Source: Salinarchaeum sp. IM2453
GTDB taxonomy: Archaea; Halobacteriota; Halobacteria; Halobacteriales; Salinarchaeaceae
Direction: 5' to 3'
Assembly (NCBI RefSeq): GCF_019693215.1
Contig: NZ_CP081183.1
Location: forward strand, 343,226-375,225
Length of the DNA stretch: 32,000 nucleotides
Shown: positions 8,918-17,173 of the stretch, one piece after another
Layout: each line of letters starts with the position of its first letter
Numbering within the stretch: the first letter of the stretch is position 1
Notes under the pieces: generated by a model
Seen by the model: the letters and a program-made list of their open reading frames with translations, nothing else
The model's database searches: none
What the model was told of the DNA's origin: nothing
Translations under genes and position numbers: made by a program

Positions 8918-10138
8918 ATGAGTGACTCATTGAAGGACACAGATGAAGCGGATCTCCCATATGATGAGGAGATGCCGCGGCAGGAGAAGATTGAAGTGTT
9001 ACAGGAGCGGCTTGAGGTATTAGAAGCGCAAAACGAGGAAATGCGGGATCGGCTACTTGATGCAAACGCTGAAAATAACAAGTATCAGCAAAAACTTGAG
9101 CGATTGACACACGAAAATCGTAAGCTGAAACAGTCACCGCTTTTTGTTGCAACGGTCCAAGAGATTTCAGATCAAGGAATCATCGTTAAACAGCACGGGA
9201 ACAATCAAGAGATGCTCACAGAAGTGACGGAAGAAATGCGTGAGCGGATTGAGCCAAACGACCGGGTTGCACTGAACAACTCTCGCTCAATAGTCAAAAT
9301 CTTGGATGACGAGACAGATGTCCGGGCTCAGGTAATGCAAGTCGATAAATCACCGGATGTTCGGTATGAGGACATCGGCGGGCTTGAGCAACAACTGAAA
9401 GAAGTTCGAGAGACAGTAGAGATGCCACTGAAAAGGCCAGAAGACTTCGATACTGTTGGAGTCGAGCCTCCAAGCGGTATTCTTCTCCATGGTCCACCAG
9501 GTACAGGAAAAACAATGCTGGCGAAGGCTGTTGCAAACCATACTGATGCCACTTTTATCAAGATGGCTGGATCAGAGTTGGTCCATAAGTTCATTGGCGA
9601 AGGTGCGAAACTTGTCCGGGACCTATTCGAAGTCGCACGTGAAAACGAGCCAGCAGTACTGTTTATCGATGAAATTGACGCAATTGCCACAAAACGGACT
9701 GAATCCAAGACATCGGGAGATGCAGAAGTTCAACGAACGATGATGCAGTTGCTCAGTGAGATGGACGGGTTCGAAGAACGAGGTGAAGTGCGCATTATTG
9801 CGGCAACCAACCGATTCGACATGCTCGACCGAGCAATTCTTCGTCCAGGTCGATTTGACCGTCTTATCGAAGTTCCGAAGCCAGATAAGGAAGGCCGCAA
9901 GCGTATCTTCGAGATACACACTCGCGACATGAACGTTGCGGACGAGTTGGACTTTGATCAACTTGCTACTGATACCTCAGGGGCATCAGGAGCAGATATC
10001 CGTGCAATCTGTACTGAGGCTGGTATGTTTACGATTCGCGATGACCGCACTGTCGTAACCATGGAAGACTTCAAGAGTGCATGGGATAAAGTGCAGGCAG
10101 AAAATGAAGATGAAGACATCTCGAAGACATTTGCCTGA
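8918..10138 (+). CDS. pan: proteasome-activating nucleotidase (AAA+ ATPase)
   Basis: 406 aa. The N-terminal coiled coil is LQERLEVLEAQNEEMRDRLL. An OB region follows, then Walker A GPPGTGKT, Walker B LFIDEID, and the second region of homology with RPGRFDR. Confidence 0.93.
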   Translation: MSDSLKDTDEADLPYDEEMPRQEKIEVLQERLEVLEAQNEEMRDRLLDANAENNKYQQKLERLTHENRKLKQSPLFVATVQEISDQGIIVKQHGNNQEMLTEVTEEMRERIEPNDRVALNNSRSIVKILDDETDVRAQVMQVDKSPDVRYEDIGGLEQQLKEVRETVEMPLKRPEDFDTVGVEPPSGILLHGPPGTGKTMLAKAVANHTDATFIKMAGSELVHKFIGEGAKLVRDLFEVARENEPAVLFIDEIDAIATKRTESKTSGDAEVQRTMMQLLSEMDGFEERGEVRIIAATNRFDMLDRAILRPGRFDRLIEVPKPDKEGRKRIFEIHTRDMNVADELDFDQLATDTSGASGADIRAICTEAGMFTIRDDRTVVTMEDFKSAWDKVQAENEDEDISKTFA

Positions 10139-10165
10139 GATACCGAGGCAGAAATAGTCATCTGA

Positions 10166-10171
10166 TTTTTT
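10166..10171 (+). terminator. oligo-T tract downstream of pan (putative terminator); a second hairpin+T5 follows at 10193-10218
   Basis: A T6 run lies 28 nt after the pan stop. It is followed by ctgga-tta-tccag (10193-10205) and a T5 run (10214-10218). Confidence 0.4.
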
Positions 10172-10697
10172 ATTTGATAGCCGATAAGAAAACTGGATTA
10201 TCCAGTATGTCTATTTTTCCTAACAATCGTTGAAAACACGCCTATTCTATTCAGTAGTGTTTCCAAGCCCTGGTCGGGATCAGAAGGGCTCAGAGCAAGA
10301 GGAATACCGCCGTCCGTACACACATAAGAAGACAGCGAGGTACCTCGGCGACCGTCTGGTCGAGACCGCGAAGAACGGCCTCCAATGGAACACCAGAATC
10401 AGGATGAATCGGCCGAGAAAAATACAGCGGTGCGGCTGAATAAAGAAATCGTATTACCAACAACTGCTAAAATAGTAAGAAGATAGCGTACGGGATACCA
10501 AAGAATACCACGGTCATCGCGATAAGAATAATTGCATACGATACGAGTGTTGCGCCCAATGTGCGCCATGGTGCTGAGTTGACATATTCCATGATAATCA
10601 CCAATATATGAATTATCGTTGTCGTTACTTGAGTTGAGATGATTTACCATACTAAATCTTCCGAACATCCGCTGGAGAGCATGCCACAGAATTCGGA

Positions 10698-10707
10698 TTT
10701 CTTATAC
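10698..10707 (+). promoter_or_regulatory. TATA-like element upstream of the internal ATG (10732) of the GATase gene
   Basis: 'tttcttatac' is centred about 29 nt upstream of the ATG at 10732. This supports 10732 rather than 10639 as the real, leaderless start. Confidence 0.3.
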
Positions 10708-10731
10708 GCGTTCCGCCGATATCAGAAGACA

Positions 10732-11289
10732 ATGACACAAATCGATGTTATCGACAATCATGGGCAATTTACCCATCTTGAGAAGCGTGCCTTACGTGAT
10801 CTTGGGGTGGACTGTTCACTAATCGAAAATACGACGCCTACAGAAGAGATTGATGCAGATGGATTGGTGCTATCCGGTGGGCCAAGTATGGAACGAACCG
10901 GACGATGTGAGGCGTATCTGAAATTAGATATTCCAGTCCTTGGAATCTGTCTCGGACACCAACTGATTGCTGAGTCATTGGGAGGCACAGTGGAGAGTGG
11001 TGACTACGGTGGGTATGCAGATGTTACTGTTGAGATTTTAGATGACACAGATCCACTTGTTGGATCACTCGCACCGGAAACGCGGACATGGGCAAGCCAC
11101 GCAGATGAAGTAACAGAAGTTCCACCGGGGTTTACAGAAACAGCAACAAGTGCTGTCTGTGACATTGAAGCAATGAGCAACACGGAAGAGGACATCTACG
11201 GAGTACAGTGGCATCCAGAAGTTGCACACACAGAAGAAGGGGACGCGATCTTCCAGAACTTTATTAGCATCTGTACTGACGATCAGTGA
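10732..11289 (+). CDS. guaA: GMP synthase (glutamine-hydrolysing) subunit A, class-I glutamine amidotransferase
   Basis: The catalytic triad context is GICLGHQL ... VQWHPEV. At about 185 aa, its size fits the stand-alone archaeal GuaA GATase subunit. The open frame extends up to 10639, but those 31 extra residues are basic and not conserved-looking. I prefer MTQIDVIDNHGQ as the start. Confidence 0.75.
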   Translation: MTQIDVIDNHGQFTHLEKRALRDLGVDCSLIENTTPTEEIDADGLVLSGGPSMERTGRCEAYLKLDIPVLGICLGHQLIAESLGGTVESGDYGGYADVTVEILDDTDPLVGSLAPETRTWASHADEVTEVPPGFTETATSAVCDIEAMSNTEEDIYGVQWHPEVAHTEEGDAIFQNFISICTDDQ

Positions 11290-11338
11290 GTTGATCGAGG
11301 ATCCGAAGCGGGATATCTCCAGAGCTGAATATACGTAG

Positions 11339-13789
11339 TTAGTTTTCCGGAAGTGTATCAACAGTACGAACAGCGGCAATGTTTTCTTCAGCGTCATGAA
11401 CACGGATAATATCAGCACCTCGATCTGCTGCAAGAGCAGTTGCTGCAATCGTAGGGGGAAGTCGTTCACCATGCTCGTATCCTGCAAGCTCGAACATTGA
11501 TTTATGAGAATGGCCGACCATAATAGGGCAGCCAAGCGCATCAAGTTCGTCGAGGCGGCTCAGTAGCTCGAAGCTTTCCTCTGCTGTTTTTCCGAATCCG
11601 AATCCAGGGTCGATGATAATCTGCTCTCGGTCAAGGCCAGCTTGTTCAGCCAGCAGGACACGTTCGTTGAGTTCCTCAATTACATCACGAACAACATCGT
11701 CGTACTGGACATCGCGATCTGGATTTACCGGCGCTTCGATGCTGTGCATAATCACAAGCGGTGTGTCATACTCCGCAGCAACAAATCGCATATCAGGGTC
11801 TTCGAGGCCTGAGACATCGTTGATGATATCAGCTCCTGCCTGAATTGCTTTTTCGGCAACTGCTGCTTTTCGCGTATCAACTGAGATCATGGCATCAAGG
11901 TCAGCGATTTCTTCGATAACAGGAACAACACGATCGATCTCACGTTGGACTTCAACTGGATCAGCGCCCGGTCGTGTTGATTCGCCCCCAACATCAAGAA
12001 TGTCAACACCGGCATCAATCATTGCTTTGGCGCGATTTCGTGCATCTTCTAATCGGTTGTAATCTCCCCCGTCGTGGAAACTGTCTGGTGTGATGTTCAA
12101 AATCCCCATAATTGATGCATTATCATCCCATGGGAAGGATTGGTCAGTAGATTGGGTGCGATCAGCAAGTAGTTGCTGAAGTTCCAGTCCAACCTGATCG
12201 AGACCCTCTGATTCATCTTGGAGTTGGTCAATAACTGTGTTGAACTGGTTAGTTGTGCCCATCAGTGCAACTCGAAGCCGTTCGCCATCGTGGTTGATCT
12301 TTGAGATTGCACAGTCACCGCCAGTTGTCTGAAATAGCTCTTTGAGCCGATATGCTTGTGGCCGGTTCACACGGAGTGTTATCGTGTGGGCAGTTGCCTT
12401 TTCGGCAGTACGTTGAACATCATAGTCTCGGATGCCATTCTGCTCAAGCAGTTGGCCAGCAGATTTTGTGGAGGAAAATGAATGTGGGATTGGACGCCGG
12501 GTCCATCGAGCACGAGCTTCTCGGACAGCAAATAACGAGCCAGTGACAACGACACAATCATCCTCGGATGCATTTGAAAGCGCATTGGTAAGTGCATCAT
12601 CAACGGATTCGATGACGGAGACCTCAGCGTTACCAGCATTTCTAAACACGCGAGCAAGCACTTCTGGGTCTGCGGACCGATCAAGCTGTGGTCGACAGGT
12701 TGTAATGCGTTCAGCGTTCGGGAGCTCTCGCGCCATTGCTGCATGTCGTTTATCATGCATTGCGCCGACAACCAAGTGCAAGTTATCGTACTCAAACTCA
12801 TTGATTACATCCGCGAGGCGAGCACATGCACCTTCATTATGAGCGCCATCAAGGATGACAATTGGATCAGTACTTCGGACCTCACAGCGGCCCGGCCAAT
12901 ATGCTTGTCGAAGCCCTCGAGCGATAACATCGGTTGAAATCGAATCGCCTCGTGAGTTAGCAAACTGTCGGGCAAGAACAGCGGCAATGCCTGCATTCTG
13001 TGCTTGGTGGGCTCCAAGGAGGAGAATATTTGTCTTGACATTCCACTGGTCAGCAACAAGTTCAATTTCTGCTTCAGTGCCATTGATTTTGCCATGATAA
13101 CGAGTCTGCACATCGAAGGATTCGTCTGACGAGTCATCACCGACAACAATAGGATCTGTATCAACAAACTCGCGAATTGCTGCAAGCGCAGATTCATCAG
13201 CACCAGTAACAATCGGTCGATTACTGGGCTCGACGTGTGCTTTGTCAACGGCAATTTCTTCAACAGTATCACCAAGTACATCTGAATGTTCCAGTGTCAC
13301 TGATGTAACTGCACTGGCAACCGGATCAACAACACTTGTCGCATCCTTACTCCCACCAATTCCAACCTCAAGTACGGCTACATCAACATCTTTCTGGGCA
13401 AAATACCAGAGTGCAAGAGCGGTAGAAACCTCAAAGAACGTTGGAGGAACACTTTCTGCCCCCCGATCGGTGACATACGGCCGAACAAGGTCAACAAATC
13501 GAGTTACCTCAGATTCGGGAATATATCGGCCGTCAACGCGAACTCGATCCCTGAATTGCTCAATCTGTGGGGAAATATATAGCCCGACAGAATAGCCAGC
13601 CTCTCGAAGAACTCGCTCTGTCATTCGTGCTGTGCTACCCTTCCCGTTTGACCCTGCGATTTGGATGCATGTGAGATCTTCATGCGGATTACCTAAATGA
13701 GAGAGTAACTCACGTACAGATGTAATCCCCGGCTGAGGGCCAAAGCGCTGTAAATTAAAAAGGAAGTTCGTCGCCTCGTGATAACCCAT
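11339..13789 (-). CDS. folCP: bifunctional folylpolyglutamate/dihydrofolate synthase - dihydropteroate synthase fusion
   Basis: 816 aa. The N-terminal Mur-ligase/FolC part has a P-loop in IAGSNGKGST. The C-terminal FolP/pterin-binding part has GILNITPDSFHDGG, DVGGESTRPG and INDVSG. FolC-FolP fusions are known in haloarchaea. Confidence 0.9.
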   Translation of the reverse strand: MGYHEATNFLFNLQRFGPQPGITSVRELLSHLGNPHEDLTCIQIAGSNGKGSTARMTERVLREAGYSVGLYISPQIEQFRDRVRVDGRYIPESEVTRFVDLVRPYVTDRGAESVPPTFFEVSTALALWYFAQKDVDVAVLEVGIGGSKDATSVVDPVASAVTSVTLEHSDVLGDTVEEIAVDKAHVEPSNRPIVTGADESALAAIREFVDTDPIVVGDDSSDESFDVQTRYHGKINGTEAEIELVADQWNVKTNILLLGAHQAQNAGIAAVLARQFANSRGDSISTDVIARGLRQAYWPGRCEVRSTDPIVILDGAHNEGACARLADVINEFEYDNLHLVVGAMHDKRHAAMARELPNAERITTCRPQLDRSADPEVLARVFRNAGNAEVSVIESVDDALTNALSNASEDDCVVVTGSLFAVREARARWTRRPIPHSFSSTKSAGQLLEQNGIRDYDVQRTAEKATAHTITLRVNRPQAYRLKELFQTTGGDCAISKINHDGERLRVALMGTTNQFNTVIDQLQDESEGLDQVGLELQQLLADRTQSTDQSFPWDDNASIMGILNITPDSFHDGGDYNRLEDARNRAKAMIDAGVDILDVGGESTRPGADPVEVQREIDRVVPVIEEIADLDAMISVDTRKAAVAEKAIQAGADIINDVSGLEDPDMRFVAAEYDTPLVIMHSIEAPVNPDRDVQYDDVVRDVIEELNERVLLAEQAGLDREQIIIDPGFGFGKTAEESFELLSRLDELDALGCPIMVGHSHKSMFELAGYEHGERLPPTIAATALAADRGADIIRVHDAEENIAAVRTVDTLPEN

Positions 13790-13929
13790 GCAAGGTATTA
13801 CCGGGGCCCCTGTGCATTAAGCTTATGAGTTAAAACGTTGGAAATCCGTATCATTTGCGGAATTATTTGACGGTTTTTTAGTGATAAGACAAGAACCGGA
13901 GATATGTGTATCTATGTTCAAGTTGGTCT

Positions 13930-15543
13930 TCAGTCGTGGCGGAAACACCGCTGACCGGTAAATGCCATCACCATGTCGTGTTCATTGGCTGCTTCGATAA
14001 CCTCATCATCGTTGACCGAGCCACCTGGTTGAATAATAGCTTTAATACCGGCTTCAGCTGCTTTTTCGACCCCGTCAGGGAATGGGAAGAATGCATCAGA
14101 CGCCATCACGGCACCGTCGGCAGATTTACCTTCAGCGTCAGCATCGGCTTTCATTTTGGCAATTTCAACAGCATCAACACGTGACACTTGACCGGCACCA
14201 ATACCGACAGTTTCTGTCCCGTCGGCAAAGAGAATGGCATTCGATTTGACATGCTTGATCACATGCCAGGCGAACAACATTGAATCAAGTTGCTCATCAG
14301 TTGGCGTCTGCTCAGTGACAATCTCAAGATCATCAGCTGTGAGAGCCTGCTGATCTCGCTCTTGGACCAGCCGGCCGCCTACGAGCTTTTTCTCGGTCCA
14401 GTTTTCAGCAGGCACATCAAGGGAGCCGACGTCAAGAACACGGAGATTCTCTTTCGTACAAAGAACCTCAAGAGCAGCATCAGAGTAGCCAGGCGCAACA
14501 ACGACCTCCTTGAATGAGTCAATGATCTCAGTTGCGGTTTCTTCGTCACACTCCCGATTTAACGCGACAATTCCACCGAACGCACTCTTTGCGTCAGTAG
14601 AAAGAGCATTCCGATATGCATCGGCAAGAGTATCAGCAACAGCAGCACCCGCAGGATTCGTATGCTTGATCACAGCAGCCGCCGGCTGATCAAACTCCTT
14701 AACAATTGACAGCGCAGCGTCAGCATCATTGTAATTGTTATATGAGAGTCCTTTCGCACCGGTGTTGAGTTGCGGTGCATCAACCACAGATGCGTCATCG
14801 CTCGTATAGTCGACGTAGACAGCGGCATCTTGATGCGGGTTTTCACCGTATCGAAGTGTTTGTACACGGTCACCAGTCGCAAGGTAGCGTGAGGGTAGGT
14901 CGCGGTTCTCTGGTTCCGGTGTTATGACAGATTTTTCATCAGGGTCAAATGTAGCTCGGTTCTCAGCAAACCATTTGACCGCCCGAGGGTAAGCAGCAAA
15001 TTCACCTTCATATAGAATTCGTTCTTTTAGATCGTCGCGAGAATCGTCATCGTAGATAGGTATTGGCTCTTGGGTAACAATTGGTCCAGCATCAACTTCA
15101 TCCTCGATAATGTTACCGTCTGTATCAGTGGCATCAGTAACAACGTGGACTGTACAACCAGAGAGATCGACACCGGCCGAGAGTGCATCTCCCCACGCAT
15201 CCATTCCGGGGAACGACGGAAGTAGTGATGGGTGCACATTCAGCGATGTTGGTTGCTCATCGAGGAAGGTATCAGAGAGAATTCGCATGTATCCGTCCAA
15301 GCAAACTAGTTCATATGAATGCTCAGAAAGGGCATCATTGATACGGCGTTCATGCTCTTTCCGCGACTCATCGGAGCGTCGCTCAACGACCTCGGTTGGG
15401 ATACCACGCTCTTTTGCTTTCTGGAGAACAGGGGCGTCAGCGTCATTTGTGAGAACAACACCAAGTTCGGCTCCGCCAGGGGCACGTTCATGGATGTTGA
15501 TCAGGTTTCGACCACGGTTACTTGCCAAACCAGCAATGCGCAT
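13930..15543 (-). CDS. purH: bifunctional GAR formyltransferase (PurN) / AICAR formyltransferase (PurH AICARFT domain) fusion, lacking the IMP cyclohydrolase domain
   Basis: The PurN part has MRIAGLASNRGRNL, NVHPSLLPSFPG and DAGPIV. The AICARFT part has LRYGENPHQ, GGIVALN and the C-terminal QPGGSVNDDEVIEAANEHDMVMAFTGQRCFRH. The ORF is open up to 15570 (MHVPVSNSS-). I prefer the ATG at 15543, which gives a canonical PurN N-terminus. Confidence 0.9.
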   Translation of the reverse strand: MRIAGLASNRGRNLINIHERAPGGAELGVVLTNDADAPVLQKAKERGIPTEVVERRSDESRKEHERRINDALSEHSYELVCLDGYMRILSDTFLDEQPTSLNVHPSLLPSFPGMDAWGDALSAGVDLSGCTVHVVTDATDTDGNIIEDEVDAGPIVTQEPIPIYDDDSRDDLKERILYEGEFAAYPRAVKWFAENRATFDPDEKSVITPEPENRDLPSRYLATGDRVQTLRYGENPHQDAAVYVDYTSDDASVVDAPQLNTGAKGLSYNNYNDADAALSIVKEFDQPAAAVIKHTNPAGAAVADTLADAYRNALSTDAKSAFGGIVALNRECDEETATEIIDSFKEVVVAPGYSDAALEVLCTKENLRVLDVGSLDVPAENWTEKKLVGGRLVQERDQQALTADDLEIVTEQTPTDEQLDSMLFAWHVIKHVKSNAILFADGTETVGIGAGQVSRVDAVEIAKMKADADAEGKSADGAVMASDAFFPFPDGVEKAAEAGIKAIIQPGGSVNDDEVIEAANEHDMVMAFTGQRCFRHD

Positions 15544-15729
15544 ACTTGAATTGCTAACCGGGACGTGCAAAGAAATTGCGATTGTCGATGTCAGACAGAA
15601 GGATTAGCAACAGGAACGTGGAAGAGGAGCAGACAAAGCAATTGTCATTGGTATAGTCTATCAGACGGCTATAAGTGAAGTACCAAGAGATTCGACATTC
15701 TTTTGCAGTGTCGTAGAGGAACCTGAGGT

Positions 15730-17106
15730 ATGACAGATCAGTTGTATGCGGTGTCACCTCTTGACGGGCGATATGCCAGTCGAACAGCACCGCTATCACC
15801 ATATGTAAGCGAAGCGGCGCTAATGCGTGCACGGCTAAAGGTTGAAGTTGAATACGTCATCAAGCTTGCTGAACTCTCGGAGATTCCAGTAGAGATTTCT
15901 AACGATGAACAAGCAGCGCTGCGTGAGACGTACGAGACATTCAGTGAGGAAGACGCCAAAGTCATCAAGCAGCTTGAGACAGATGGGTACGGAGAATATC
16001 CTGCAACAAATCACGATGTGAAAGCGATTGAGTACTATCTGCAACTACAGTCGAACGAGGAGATCCATCCGTGGATTCATTTTGGACTTACAAGCGAAGA
16101 TGTGAACAATCTCGCATACCGGTTACTGATTAAAGACGCAGTACAAGAGGTGCTACTTCCTGAACTCTCTACTCGTAGAGAGCAGTTAACCGAACTTGCC
16201 ACCAAGTACAGCGATACCTCAATGCTTGCTCGGACGCATGGACAGCCAGCAACGCCCACGGCGTTTGGAAAAGAAATGGCAGTATACGCGGATCGTCTCG
16301 AGAAAGTAATTACAGAAGTAGCAAACACTGCTGAGGGTCTGGCCGGTAAGCTTGGCGGAGCATCTGGAACGTATGCAGCACATGATGTTGCGTACGAGGA
16401 GATTGACTGGCCGGTGGTTGCGGAAGAGTTTGTAACTGAGCTAGGACTTGAGTTCCGAGGACTGACAACGCAAGTCAATCCATGCGACGACCTGGCTGAA
16501 CTGTTTGATGGGCTACGTCGTGCGAATACAGTGCTGATTGATTTGGACCGAGACATGTGGCTTTATATCTCGGATAAATATCTAGGACAGGAGGCTGCCA
16601 AATCTGAGGCAGGATCGTCAACAATGCCACACAAGGTCAATCCAATAGATTTTGAAAACAGTGAAGGAAACCTCTCGAAGGCAAATTCTGATTTAACCTT
16701 CCTTGCAGACTATATTACGACATCTCGATTGCAGCGTGATCTCTCAGACTCAACAGTCAAACGAAATATCGGTACAGCATTTGCACATTGTCTGATTGGA
16801 TACAGCAAAGCCGGAGACGGGTTGAGTAAGGTAGTGCCAAATGAAGTGATAATGAGCAAAGATCTAAAAGAAAATCCGGCAGTTATCGGAGAGGCTGTTC
16901 AGACAATCCTTCGACGAGAGGGTCACGATGATGCATATGAACAGGTAAAAGAGCTAACCCGAGGCGAAGATGTGACGATTGAAGATTTTCACGAGTTGTT
17001 TGCTGAACTTGACCTGCCAGACGGAATTGTTGAAGAACTGCAGGCACTCACACCAGCCTCCTATACTGGCGTCGCAGATACGCTAGCAGAATCAGTTGAA
17101 GACTGA
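15730..17106 (+). CDS. purB: adenylosuccinate lyase
   Basis: 458 aa. The N-terminus SPLDGRYASRT and the fumarate-lyase signature GSSTMPHKVNPIDFEN are both present. Confidence 0.95.
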   Translation: MTDQLYAVSPLDGRYASRTAPLSPYVSEAALMRARLKVEVEYVIKLAELSEIPVEISNDEQAALRETYETFSEEDAKVIKQLETDGYGEYPATNHDVKAIEYYLQLQSNEEIHPWIHFGLTSEDVNNLAYRLLIKDAVQEVLLPELSTRREQLTELATKYSDTSMLARTHGQPATPTAFGKEMAVYADRLEKVITEVANTAEGLAGKLGGASGTYAAHDVAYEEIDWPVVAEEFVTELGLEFRGLTTQVNPCDDLAELFDGLRRANTVLIDLDRDMWLYISDKYLGQEAAKSEAGSSTMPHKVNPIDFENSEGNLSKANSDLTFLADYITTSRLQRDLSDSTVKRNIGTAFAHCLIGYSKAGDGLSKVVPNEVIMSKDLKENPAVIGEAVQTILRREGHDDAYEQVKELTRGEDVTIEDFHELFAELDLPDGIVEELQALTPASYTGVADTLAESVED

Positions 17107-17109
17107 CAT

Positions 17110-17156
17110 CCTCACACAACTGAATCCGAAGGCTTTCGCCTTGAAGTTCAGTGAGG
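17110..17156. terminator. imperfect inverted repeat between convergent purB and dapE (possible bidirectional terminator hairpin)
   Basis: The sequence is cctcac..ctgaa..gaaggc tttc gcctt gaagttcag tgagg. The arms pair imperfectly around a tttc loop. It lies in the 67-nt convergent spacer. Confidence 0.3.
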
Positions 17157-17173
17157 AACGACAGTAGCGATTT

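Noticed and set aside
10230-10439. Plus-strand 69-aa ORF (TTG start) covering the GC-richer core after pan
   Set aside because: It is strongly basic (many R/K), uses a non-ATG start, and has no recognisable motif. That is inconsistent with the acidic proteome. It is kept only as part of the unexplained-region finding.
10262-10440. Possibility that the GC-richer core is SRP (7S) RNA or RNase P RNA
   Set aside because: I could not find the helix-8 AGG...GGAA...AGCA-type SRP motif or the GAGGAAAGUCC-type RNase P CR-I motif on either strand. At about 180 nt the segment is also too short for either RNA. A different RNA remains possible but unsupported.
10399-10668. Minus-strand 89-aa ORF overlapping the upstream end of the GATase gene region
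   Set aside because: Its composition is odd (N/S/Y/I-rich, Cys-containing, not acidic) and it has no motifs. It overlaps the better-looking 41-codon transmembrane ORF in another frame.
15544-15570. Nine-codon N-terminal extension of purNH (MHVPVSNSS)
   Set aside because: PurN domains begin right at the beta-strand MRIAGLASN(R)G, and the extension adds nothing conserved. Either start is possible, and the effect on the call is negligible.
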